A stretch of 64,000 nucleotides of DNA, taken from the IMG/VR virus record IMGVR_UViG_3300041411_000080, positions 186,001-250,000 of that record; one strand, 5' to 3'. A program made the position numbers and the translations under genes. Of the stretch, positions 28,860 through 37,478 are shown in pieces; the stretch's first letter is position 1, and each line of letters starts with the position of its first letter. The notes below the pieces were generated by a model. The model was not told where the DNA came from, ran no database searches, and saw nothing but the letters and a program-made list of their open reading frames with translations.

Positions 28860-29697
28860 CTAAGTTACCAACGTTACGTTTGATGACAGCGATCTCGTCT
28901 AACATGAATCGCCTTTCCATCGGGTTATCAGTGTAATCATCCAAAGATGCATCGATCTGTCGCCAGATACCACTAAGTGGCAAATCACTGAAGAAAGCCA
29001 GACCTACCATTTGACCAGCTGCTTCAACTGGGTTACGGGATTCTAGCTGTGCAAAACTTAGAGTGATCAGTTCCTCGTAAGGACGACCTACTCGTACACC
29101 TGAGTTAGCGAGTTCTAACATCAGGCTAAACTTACCAGACTCATTCGTGGAGAGCAGACGGTTAATAACCTTTACTCGAGCGGTGTCTACACGTGTACCG
29201 ACGTACTCACCTTGAGTCTTCAGTCGGACATTAATAGACTCACGCAGATAACCGATAATCTCGTCACTCACTTCCTCGATATGCTCCAGAGCTACATCTG
29301 GTTGATGTTCAGTGAAGTAAGGTACGATATGTGCAATCGTTTCTTGGTTATCATAGTCACTGTTAAAGATATGAGCTAGATCTTCTGGAATGATGTACTG
29401 TGGGATGTAGATGAGTGTCTTATAAATGTCATGTCGAAGTTTCAACGATGCATCATCACCCAATGTAATACCGAAGTCATTCAAGCAGTAGTTCATAGCG
29501 TACGTCAGAATGTCTTGGACTCGGGCAACCAACATACTGGAGTCGGCATTGTCATCAGCCATCATCAATACTTGATTAAGCTCATCGAGTGCCAAGCCAT
29601 AGTCTTTCTCCAATAGAGTATCGACGACGTCAGAAATGATCTGCATCTGCTCTGGTGGAATTAAGCTCGAGAGGGCATCTTGGATTTCGAGTTTCAT
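28846..29697 (-). CDS. Conserved hypothetical protein, phiKZ gp79-like (283 aa)
   Basis: Overlaps the start of the gp80-like gene; synteny. Confidence 0.5.
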   Translation of the reverse strand: MKLEIQDALSSLIPPEQMQIISDVVDTLLEKDYGLALDELNQVLMMADDNADSSMLVARVQDILTYAMNYCLNDFGITLGDDASLKLRHDIYKTLIYIPQYIIPEDLAHIFNSDYDNQETIAHIVPYFTEHQPDVALEHIEEVSDEIIGYLRESINVRLKTQGEYVGTRVDTARVKVINRLLSTNESGKFSLMLELANSGVRVGRPYEELITLSFAQLESRNPVEAAGQMVGLAFFSDLPLSGIWRQIDASLDDYTDNPMERRFMLDEIAVIKRNVGNLDEAT

Positions 29698-29818
29698 TTA
29701 AGTACCTTTAAGGAATAGGTTTAACATACCGTTAGGTTGTTCCGTACTCTTTAATAAGAAGCAAAGTTTACCGAGTGTGTATTATCTATGTTATCAACCG
29801 TGACGTAAGGAATATCCA

Positions 29819-30511
29819 ATGGACCTCAGCAATGCTCAAATCCAAGCTCCAACTGGACACCCGCCACATGAATGGACTGCTGAAGAAGAGGCGCATCTAG
29901 AAAATGCCCTTCGTACAGTAGCCAAGCAAGAAGACCGCGAACACTCCCTTATTCCAGGTGCCCACGAATTTGCTGGTCGCCCACCACCGACACCCGAAGA
30001 TGAAGCCCGCCTTAAGGCTGCACTCGATAAGATCTTTAGCAAGGAATCCAAAATGGAACAAGCAACTCCAACCGTAGACATGAATGAAGTAATCGAAAAA
30101 TCTGCTGAAGCAGCTAATGAACTGCTGGCCCAAGATGGCTGGGCTATTGTTCATCAACTGCATGAAGCGGCATTGGCCCTGATCAATCAAACCGGTTTGG
30201 TCGTTCTGCCGATCATGACCAACATTGAACAATACAAACTTAAGTTGACAGACCCAGTTGGGTTTGAGAAGCGTTTTGCTACGCTCTCCAATGACGTTAC
30301 GCATCTGATGGTTGCAGTGAAAGCACTGGGTGAGAAGTCTGCCGGTAAGAAAGGCAAACCTACAGCTGAAGAACTGGATACCATCGGCAAACTGACTATG
30401 GACTATACCAAGGTCCAAGGTCACATCGAACAAGCTGTCCAACCGCTCATTCTGGTTCTCATTGAAGAACTGGAAGCTGTTGGTATTACCGAATTGAAAG
30501 TAGAGGCTTAA
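29819..30511 (+). CDS. Hypothetical protein, phiKZ gp78-like (230 aa; possible 152-aa isoform from 30053)
   Basis: RBS AAGGA before both ATG 29819 and the in-frame ATG 30053. Confidence 0.55.
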   Translation: MDLSNAQIQAPTGHPPHEWTAEEEAHLENALRTVAKQEDREHSLIPGAHEFAGRPPPTPEDEARLKAALDKIFSKESKMEQATPTVDMNEVIEKSAEAANELLAQDGWAIVHQLHEAALALINQTGLVVLPIMTNIEQYKLKLTDPVGFEKRFATLSNDVTHLMVAVKALGEKSAGKKGKPTAEELDTIGKLTMDYTKVQGHIEQAVQPLILVLIEELEAVGITELKVEA

Positions 30512-30513
30512 GC

Positions 30514-32109
30514 ATGGGTGACAACGAAACGATTGAGTCGAGTGAAGTACCTGATCAGTTCGAACAAGATGATGGTTACGTGAATGTATTCGTAGCCTCT
30601 CCAGAATCTAACGGGATGCCTCCAAGTTTGGACGTACCCGAAGAGGAACCAGAGCCTGAACCACTCTGGACTCCTGAGCAGAAAGCTCAAAACTTCGAAC
30701 ATGAACGTAAAGCTGCTGGCACACCTATCGAAGGTGAGAAGTCTATCATCTCTTACGTCCGTGAAAACTTCGATACAGTTAACGCTGTACTGGAACGTAA
30801 CAACGAACTGCTTGAAGCAATGCGTCAAGGTCAGCTCACTAACGCTGACACTGATGTCCGCTGGTTGGCTTCGCTGATCTCTGGGTTGCAGAACATCTCT
30901 CTGGATGAAGCCCCTAGTGGTGCACTGTACCGTGAAGGTTCTTTCTGGCGTGATGGTTGCTCCGTACCTAATCATCCGAAACTGGTTCGTCCGGGCCGTC
31001 CTGCTCAGAAATATGAGAAAGGTAAACGGCAGTCCAAAGAAGCAGCACTTGCTTACCTGAGCTATCGTTCGGGTATGGGCGGTACTTACGAGACCTTCCT
31101 ACCGCATTCCGGTATTTGGGTACGCCTACGTCGCCCATCGCTGGGTGAAGTAGTTGCAATGCAAACAGAACTTCAGTCGATCCGTGTACAACTCGGTAAC
31201 GATACTAAAGGTCTGGCCTTCTCGCATGCAAGCTTCCGTATGCTGGATGCTGTAACCGATCTGGCGATCAGTTGCGTAACTGGTTCTAACCGTCAGTACA
31301 AAACTGCATCGGACCTTGAGTCTGAGATCAGTATCTTCGACGAAAGCATTCTGCATCACGCACTGGCTTCGGTAATGTACCCAGATGGTTTCAACTACTC
31401 GGTACCTTGCATCGCTGACCCACGTAACTGCTCTGGCGTTACTGAGTTCAAGATGAACATGTCGAACATCGTTAACTACGATGACTCGGTATACACTGTT
31501 GAACAACGTAAGTTCATTGCTAAGCGTCTGGAGCCACAACCGGAAGATGCCTTCACTGAATACCGCAAGGCTTTCAGTATCGGTAACCCTAAAGTGTTCT
31601 GGATGGGTGATGTCGGTGTTAAGCTCTCTCCACCGTCCGTAGCGGAACGTCGTATCGCAGCTAAGCTTTGGTATGATACTCTCATTGAAATGTCCCACGG
31701 CGCCTTTAACGAGTCCCCAGAGGGTAATCAACGCTTCGAGTACATCCGTCGTCTGCAACAGGCTACTAAAGCCACTCAATACGCTCACTGGGTATCGGCA
31801 ATCTATCTGAAAGATGAAGAAGCCGTTGACTTTGAAGATCAACTCTTCACTGACGATCCTGAAGTTATCATGGAGTTCATCTCCTCGACGCTTTCCGAAC
31901 ATGAGTACTTTGATAGCTTCGCTGAGAAGGTTAACACTTTCTCTAATGAATCGATCATCGGTGTTATTGCAATGCCTTCGCACAACTGCACTGAGTGTAA
32001 CTCCCCACAAGGGATTGCATTCAATGAACGCTTGCCTCACTTGGTGCCGATGGACATGCTATCAACGTTTTTTACGTTAGCGGCCCGGAAAGTGTCGCAC
32101 CAGGGGTAG
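30514..32109 (+). CDS. Conserved protein, phiKZ gp77-like; T4 gp26-like baseplate-hub/tail assembly chaperone (531 aa)
   Basis: SGIWVRLRRPS and YSVPC......C...FKMNMSNI patterns as in gp26-like proteins; C-terminal CTEC. Confidence 0.5.
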   Translation: MGDNETIESSEVPDQFEQDDGYVNVFVASPESNGMPPSLDVPEEEPEPEPLWTPEQKAQNFEHERKAAGTPIEGEKSIISYVRENFDTVNAVLERNNELLEAMRQGQLTNADTDVRWLASLISGLQNISLDEAPSGALYREGSFWRDGCSVPNHPKLVRPGRPAQKYEKGKRQSKEAALAYLSYRSGMGGTYETFLPHSGIWVRLRRPSLGEVVAMQTELQSIRVQLGNDTKGLAFSHASFRMLDAVTDLAISCVTGSNRQYKTASDLESEISIFDESILHHALASVMYPDGFNYSVPCIADPRNCSGVTEFKMNMSNIVNYDDSVYTVEQRKFIAKRLEPQPEDAFTEYRKAFSIGNPKVFWMGDVGVKLSPPSVAERRIAAKLWYDTLIEMSHGAFNESPEGNQRFEYIRRLQQATKATQYAHWVSAIYLKDEEAVDFEDQLFTDDPEVIMEFISSTLSEHEYFDSFAEKVNTFSNESIIGVIAMPSHNCTECNSPQGIAFNERLPHLVPMDMLSTFFTLAARKVSHQG

Positions 32110-32135
32110 AAGCACGTGATCCTAAATCCAGTCGC

Positions 32136-32555
32136 TTGGCCATTGATCTAAGCGACCCGGATGGACATGTCACAATGCTTTCCTTTGGCTTGCAGGAGGT
32201 AGAGAACTCCCGCTTGGAAGATCTCTATATGACTCAAGGGCCAATGCGTCCTGTTGTTACAGAGATGGTCACCCGCAAGGCGTACCAGCAAGATCGCGGT
32301 ATCTGCACACACCAAACCAATGACCCCTTAGACCTAGTGCGTCTGCACCCTAAGGAAGATATTGTTGAAGGTGGTCCTAAACGAACATGGCAACGTAAGT
32401 ATGCTAACTACCGAATAAAAGATGTGTGGGGCATTAGTGTCCTAGACTTCTTTGAGTTGACCTTTGACGAGGCTCGATTCTACGTAGAGTATGCACAGAC
32501 CATCTCCGTTCAAGAAGGGATTAGTGCAAACCAACTCATGAATGGGTTGCGATAA
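32136..32555 (+). CDS. Conserved small protein, tail-assembly-chaperone T-like (start uncertain: TTG 32136 or ATG 32175)
   Basis: VWGISVLDFFELTFDEARFY resembles chaperone C-terminal (T) segments. Confidence 0.45.
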   Translation: MAIDLSDPDGHVTMLSFGLQEVENSRLEDLYMTQGPMRPVVTEMVTRKAYQQDRGICTHQTNDPLDLVRLHPKEDIVEGGPKRTWQRKYANYRIKDVWGISVLDFFELTFDEARFYVEYAQTISVQEGISANQLMNGLR

Positions 32556-32570
32556 CGCAAAAAAAAATAA

Positions 32571-32609
32571 GACATAACGCCCCCTCCGATTGGAGGGGGC
32601 TTATGCCGT
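32571..32609. terminator. Bidirectional terminator GCCCCCTCC-GATT-GGAGGGGGC; near-copy of 59637-59675
   Basis: 9-bp stem between convergent genes, A9 run to the left, TTATGCCG to the right. Confidence 0.85.
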
Positions 32610-32610
32610 T

Positions 32611-32823
32611 TCAGAGTGTTGCATCCACCATAGCCTTAATAACCATGATGAACGCAGCGGCGATAATTGCCACCAGATTGAATAAGAAGAAGAATCCCAT
32701 CCAAGCATAGGTGCTCTCGCTGAGGAACAACTTGATATTAAAGCTACAGATCATCAACCTTCCTAACGCTTTGAAGAACAGGAAGGCATAGACCATAGCT
32801 ACCAGCAACAGTAGATAGTCCAT
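32611..32823 (-). CDS. Small two-TM membrane protein (70 aa)
   Basis: Two long hydrophobic segments; RBS GAGG. Confidence 0.65.
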   Translation of the reverse strand: MDYLLLLVAMVYAFLFFKALGRLMICSFNIKLFLSESTYAWMGFFFLFNLVAIIAAAFIMVIKAMVDATL

Positions 32824-32826
32824 ACG

Positions 32827-32976
32827 TCACCTCTTGAACAGTTCCAGAAAATTCCAGAATGCCCAACCGTTTAAACAAAATAGCACGATGCCAAGCAAGG
32901 TCCACCAACGCCGAAGCGTCATCATACCGAGTGACAACAACGCTACCGCGATGTAGAACAGAACCAAGATGGCCAT
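32827..32976 (-). CDS. Small two-TM membrane protein (49 aa)
   Basis: Start reassigned to MAILVLF (RBS AAAGGAG); hydrophobic-RRWW-hydrophobic layout. Confidence 0.6.
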   Translation of the reverse strand: MAILVLFYIAVALLSLGMMTLRRWWTLLGIVLFCLNGWAFWNFLELFKR

Positions 32977-32978
32977 GA

Positions 32979-33155
32979 CTACTCCTTTAACGTCTCCAGA
33001 AACATCATGAACGAGTACCCATCCAATACCAGCAACGCGATACACGATAGCATTACCAAGACCGTTGCCATCGGAGTCTCGCATTTGAGCCCGATGAAAA
33101 AGATCCATATTGCTAACAGTAATACCAACACATGAAGCAGAACTATAGCGAACAT
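32979..33155 (-). CDS. Small two-TM membrane protein (58 aa)
   Basis: Start reassigned to MFAIVLL (RBS GAGGAGG). Confidence 0.65.
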   Translation of the reverse strand: MFAIVLLHVLVLLLAIWIFFIGLKCETPMATVLVMLSCIALLVLDGYSFMMFLETLKE

Positions 33156-33179
33156 ATTAACCTCCTCTAGTTCATGGTT

Positions 33180-33187
33180 GTAATATA
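33180..33187 (-). promoter_or_regulatory. phiKZ-type early promoter core TATATTAC
   Basis: Exact match to the reported phiKZ early consensus, 25 nt upstream of the 33155 start. Confidence 0.5.
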
Positions 33188-33202
33188 CTGTTATAACTGG
33201 TT

Positions 33203-33418
33203 CTAATGTCGTCCTATAACAACGAGGGATGTAATGATTAATAACACCCCCATGCCAACCGTTGACCAAGTCAGTCGTCTAAACCAATTCCATTGCTTTG
33301 TCGGAACCGGGAAACCCCTGCGCTTCATCCGTTCAGACATGACGACCATACCACCTAACTGAAGTACGATTATTACAAGCACCGTCCCAAAAACAAAACC
33401 TAGATGTTCAAAGATCAT
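33203..33418 (-). CDS. Small two-TM membrane protein (71 aa)
   Basis: Two hydrophobic helices with a basic loop; ATGA coupling. Confidence 0.65.
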   Translation of the reverse strand: MIFEHLGFVFGTVLVIIVLQLGGMVVMSERMKRRGFPVPTKQWNWFRRLTWSTVGMGVLLIITSLVVIGRH

Positions 33419-33642
33419 ACAGTTCCCCTCGCAAGCATTTCAAGATACACGGCTTCTACAAACTGCACCAGAAACCATGTCCCAAGGCCCAGACAGACCA
33501 TTACAAAGCTTCCAAGCATGTACCTGCCATAACGGTAGTCTCTTGGTTTGTACATCGCCAGATGGAACAGGAGAGCTTCTATGGTACCACCAATTGCAAT
33601 TACTAAAGCGATTGCCTTCACTACAGCAATCCACGTCATCAT
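33415..33642 (-). CDS. Small two-TM membrane protein (75 aa)
   Basis: Two hydrophobic helices; ATGA coupling. Confidence 0.65.
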   Translation of the reverse strand: MMTWIAVVKAIALVIAIGGTIEALLFHLAMYKPRDYRYGRYMLGSFVMVCLGLGTWFLVQFVEAVYLEMLARGTV

Positions 33643-33848
33643 TGGTAGAGACCCTTACTAAGATTCAGTGCTACAGCCAACCACTGTAAAGCGACGATAA
33701 CGAAAGTACCACTGATAACCATACCCTTCAGGACACCCTGTGTCATGTAGGTTTCATATGGGCGACACATACGGACTACGCAATAAATAATCGCAATCAG
33801 TACCAAAGCAATAGCCAGTGCAAACAAATGGTTTATCGCGTACGACAT
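33639..33848 (-). CDS. Small two-TM membrane protein (69 aa)
   Basis: Two hydrophobic helices; RBS GGAG. Confidence 0.65.
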   Translation of the reverse strand: MSYAINHLFALAIALVLIAIIYCVVRMCRPYETYMTQGVLKGMVISGTFVIVALQWLAVALNLSKGLYQ

Positions 33849-33863
33849 TATAACTCCAGACGA

Positions 33864-33889
33864 AATAAAGCCCCTCCCGAAGGAGGGGA
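33864..33889 (-). terminator. Hairpin CCCCTCC-CGAA-GGAGGGG after the helicase gene
   Basis: 23 nt identical to the element at 62232. Confidence 0.7.
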
Positions 33890-33892
33890 CTA

Positions 33893-35437
33893 TTACATGG
33901 CAATACGCATCATCTTGAAGTTAAGCGTTCGACCAGCGAAGTGCTCTTTCTTATTAATGGCGTACCTTGTATGTTGAGGGATTGCCTCACAAGCCAAGAA
34001 CGTAAGCCTTGGCGTTAGATCAGGGAAGTCACGAAGTTTCCGTAGACGCCCTAGGATCTGAATGTTATCTTTCTTGGAGTCAGTTGCTTGGAGCAAACCA
34101 ACCTCACGAAGGTTAGGAATGTCAACACCAGTACCCGAGGACTTAATCGTCGAGACAGTGATATCGTTCTTAAGCAATCGCTCATAAGGACAGCCCGAAA
34201 CGTGCCCGTTGATCTCCAGATCAGGGAACATATCAACTAGGTACTGCGTTAACGTTTCAATGAACGCAACCGTAGCACACAGCAACAACATTTTCTGACC
34301 CGGCTGACGATCTTTGATGAACAACCCCGAACAAATCTTACCAACCATCTTAAGGTAATTGTGTAACCGCGTCTTGTCTTTCATCATCACGGTTTCATAA
34401 CGCGCATGGTTATACGTGTTCTTGAACGGAGTTAGATAGTCTTTGGGCTTGATCTTAGGTTCTGAATAGATCAGACCCAAACAGTTGATGTACACGTCGA
34501 TACTAGGTAGTCTCACCATAGTCTCCGGCGGTAGCATCTTCTCGATCATCTTCGTTACGTAAGCATTACCTGTAAAAGGAGTAGCAGACAGATAGATTTG
34601 AAGATTAACATTGCTATACATATCGATGCGATACACAAGCCCTGGATCTTCTTGGATCTCGTCGTTGATCTGCATGCCCACTTTGATAGCCTCATGGAAC
34701 CGTGGAGGCGGAGCGTTATAACCCAGAGCAACAATTTCATGGCCATACTTTTCGAAGTTGTCAATGTACGAGCGGTACGTGACGTTGGAGATGACGATAA
34801 CGTCAACGCCCTCCAGGTCATTTTCTATTCCTCTGTCAATGAGTTTTTGGAGTTCAGCTGAACCACTTACCGTCATGTATTTCAATAGGGTCGGGTTAGC
34901 GTATCCTTTATAGGTGTTCTGCAATGCCTCAATCCAAATACCGAAGTACTTAGGCGGAACCATTACTACAGCACGACCACCACGTTGAGCAAGAGCGGCT
35001 AACGCACTGAGCGTCTTACCCTTACCTGTTTGTAGATCAACACGTGCCGAGTGGTAACCCGGCCTCAGGATGTCTTCAACAATTAACTCTTGGTAATCCC
35101 GTAGTACGTATTTCTCGTACATTTCATAAGAAGCACCCGCAGCTACTGGGATCGGAATCTCAGTTAACTCGATAGCTTCTCTTGGGATGTTTCGGTTGGC
35201 TAGATAATTCACAAGGTCTTCGTAGGTATTGCGATGGATGTAGACCTCTTTGAAGTCTTCAAACACACCGTAATACTTCTTCTTCAACTCCATGATCATC
35301 CGGCCACCCGGAAGCTTCTTAGGTTCCTTCAGACTTAAGCCTTCAAGGAAACCAGCCATCTTCTCAAACGTATCTCGTGTGAATCCCGATAGGCGAACTC
35401 CGTGCGTATAACGTTCAGCTTTTAATAGCGGTTGCAT
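33893..35437 (-). CDS. SF2 (UvsW/DEAD-like) helicase, phiKZ gp75-like (514 aa)
   Basis: Motif I LQTGKGKT, II NDEIQE, III LSATP, VI QILGRLR. Confidence 0.9.
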   Translation of the reverse strand: MQPLLKAERYTHGVRLSGFTRDTFEKMAGFLEGLSLKEPKKLPGGRMIMELKKKYYGVFEDFKEVYIHRNTYEDLVNYLANRNIPREAIELTEIPIPVAAGASYEMYEKYVLRDYQELIVEDILRPGYHSARVDLQTGKGKTLSALAALAQRGGRAVVMVPPKYFGIWIEALQNTYKGYANPTLLKYMTVSGSAELQKLIDRGIENDLEGVDVIVISNVTYRSYIDNFEKYGHEIVALGYNAPPPRFHEAIKVGMQINDEIQEDPGLVYRIDMYSNVNLQIYLSATPFTGNAYVTKMIEKMLPPETMVRLPSIDVYINCLGLIYSEPKIKPKDYLTPFKNTYNHARYETVMMKDKTRLHNYLKMVGKICSGLFIKDRQPGQKMLLLCATVAFIETLTQYLVDMFPDLEINGHVSGCPYERLLKNDITVSTIKSSGTGVDIPNLREVGLLQATDSKKDNIQILGRLRKLRDFPDLTPRLTFLACEAIPQHTRYAINKKEHFAGRTLNFKMMRIAM

Positions 35438-35456
35438 AAAAAATTAACAAGGTAGA

Positions 35457-35480
35457 CGAGAGAGGCCGTAGCCTCTCTCG
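35457..35480 (-). terminator. Intrinsic terminator CGAGAGAGGC-CGTA-GCCTCTCTCG
   Basis: 10-bp stem with a T-rich tail on the minus strand. Confidence 0.75.
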
Positions 35481-35498
35481 AATGCCCCGACCTCCGTC

Positions 35499-37478
35499 TT
35501 AGTTAAGCTTTCCTCCCATCACCGCATTCACATAAGGGTGATCATTACGTTGCGTATACAGGAAGCTTGCAGGGTTGGCAAATGGTTCATGTTGCTTCTC
35601 GAAAGCCATCGTGCCAGCCAGATCTCGCGATTGCATCAGTTTGTTATACTTCTCAAACTGACCACTGATCCCCGGCTTAGGCAGGTTGAAGTCTTTCTGC
35701 TGGATAGATTTTACTGTCATAGCATACGCGAGGACTTCGCAGTGTACCCATGGCAGATGGATCTTTTCGTTTACCAGCTGAGCAGTAGCAACCACACCTT
35801 CGATTACGGAAGAGTAGTTCTTTAGATAAGTCTTGCTAGTAAAACCTACCTTGTCGGAACTCAGTTTCGAACCTTCAGTGTCGGAACCCGAATGGAGGAA
35901 GGACTGGATTCGCTTCATCACTTCGTACATGTTAACGTGCTTGTACGGCAGTGTCAGGAAAGGTAGATTGAAATCAAACCCTTCCATGTCGATGATAATG
36001 TTGCCACGATCATCAGGAGTCCAACGTACTTCTTTAACATGCTTCAACATGTCAAGAGACAGGCTAGCCTTACGGTTATACAACGATACCGTCAGGACAT
36101 CACCTACGTCTTCACCATTCACATTACGGACCAAACCACAGCGCGTCATCTCTGTTGCAGACGTCGGTGGATAGCCATGCAGGTTTTCGATCATCAGTAC
36201 GTCAGCAAGGTGTTCTGCTTCGGCACGGGCAATCATCAGCTTAAAGCCTTTACCTGCAAGTTCTTTCTTCAGATACAACGTTTCTGATTGAGCACCCTCA
36301 CGCAGATAGTTAGCTTCAATGCCACCCAACTTATATTGCTCTACCGCAGAAGTTGCGTCAGTATGCTTGGTAGACAATACAGACGAGGTGATCTTGTCAC
36401 CCATCGATACTGCTGCTACCTGACCGATGTTAGTTCCGTGAGGAATGTTATCCGCCAGCAGACCATAACACGTTGAGCAAACGCCTTGTGGATCTTTGTG
36501 GACGCAACCGATAACGGATCGCATCTTGATACGCTTACCGATCAGGTGAGTTTCCTCGCCCGTCAGTACATCCATCTTACCGGTCTCTTCGTTCAGATAG
36601 AACTTACCGTTCATGGATTTGAGATAACCTTTCATTACCGGGAAGGTAACGTAATCGGCACCACAATCACCACGATGTAGGTTTCGTACATACTGAGCGA
36701 TCAGCTGAGACTTACGGTTGAAGTACTCGGTTACCCGGAGCAGCTCTTTGTTATACAGCAGAGCTTTAGTACCAGAACGGGATTCAACCATGTTCTCGTA
36801 CAGACCCCAGATACCTTCGATATAACCTTGCATTACTGGTTCTGGGAAGATATCAGAGTTGATGTCTGTTGGGAAACCACGAGGACCGAATGCTTGATAC
36901 AGCTGTTCGATCTTTTGTGTACCAGACTTAAGACCCTCGATGATCGAGTTACCGATAAACAGGTCGGGGTCCATAAACGCGTCTTTCAGTTTCTTATAGG
37001 CTACACCCTCGATGCCATGTGTTGTAGGCTCAATGTCAGTATTGGCCTCACGGACTTTGGGGTGCTGCCATACATCGTTAATCTCAAACATGCTGAGAGT
37101 CGCGAAGTATTCAGGAAGCTTTAGGGCGGATTGATTGTAGAACACGTTCTTAGCTTCAATGGCCAATCGGGCCAAGTGTTCTGGATCTACTGGAGTTGGA
37201 TTAGTGGCATAGATGTGCCAGATAATCTTATTCAGCATCTTAACCAGAGACTTCGCTGTAACGCGTTGTTCTTGAAGGTGATGTTCCTTCAAGATCGGTA
37301 CCTCGGGATATGCTTTGAAAGGTGCCCAGAGCATGGCAGACAACTTAGTGATCCGGTCCTTAGTGATGACGTCTCCGTCACCGAACTTGATCTTGTGCCA
37401 TTCAGCTGGAAGTGCAAACAAATCATCGTAAGACATCTGTGCGATTTGTTGTGCGCTATATTCGTTCAGTTTTCTCAT
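35499..37478 (-). CDS. Non-virion RNAP beta' C-terminal subunit (phiKZ gp74 homolog; 659 aa)
   Basis: ESRSGTKALLYNKELLRVTEYFNRKSQL, Zn site C..C (GVCSTCYG) and VLSTKHTD; closely matches the recalled gp74 sequence. Confidence 0.92.
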   Translation of the reverse strand: MRKLNEYSAQQIAQMSYDDLFALPAEWHKIKFGDGDVITKDRITKLSAMLWAPFKAYPEVPILKEHHLQEQRVTAKSLVKMLNKIIWHIYATNPTPVDPEHLARLAIEAKNVFYNQSALKLPEYFATLSMFEINDVWQHPKVREANTDIEPTTHGIEGVAYKKLKDAFMDPDLFIGNSIIEGLKSGTQKIEQLYQAFGPRGFPTDINSDIFPEPVMQGYIEGIWGLYENMVESRSGTKALLYNKELLRVTEYFNRKSQLIAQYVRNLHRGDCGADYVTFPVMKGYLKSMNGKFYLNEETGKMDVLTGEETHLIGKRIKMRSVIGCVHKDPQGVCSTCYGLLADNIPHGTNIGQVAAVSMGDKITSSVLSTKHTDATSAVEQYKLGGIEANYLREGAQSETLYLKKELAGKGFKLMIARAEAEHLADVLMIENLHGYPPTSATEMTRCGLVRNVNGEDVGDVLTVSLYNRKASLSLDMLKHVKEVRWTPDDRGNIIIDMEGFDFNLPFLTLPYKHVNMYEVMKRIQSFLHSGSDTEGSKLSSDKVGFTSKTYLKNYSSVIEGVVATAQLVNEKIHLPWVHCEVLAYAMTVKSIQQKDFNLPKPGISGQFEKYNKLMQSRDLAGTMAFEKQHEPFANPASFLYTQRNDHPYVNAVMGGKLN

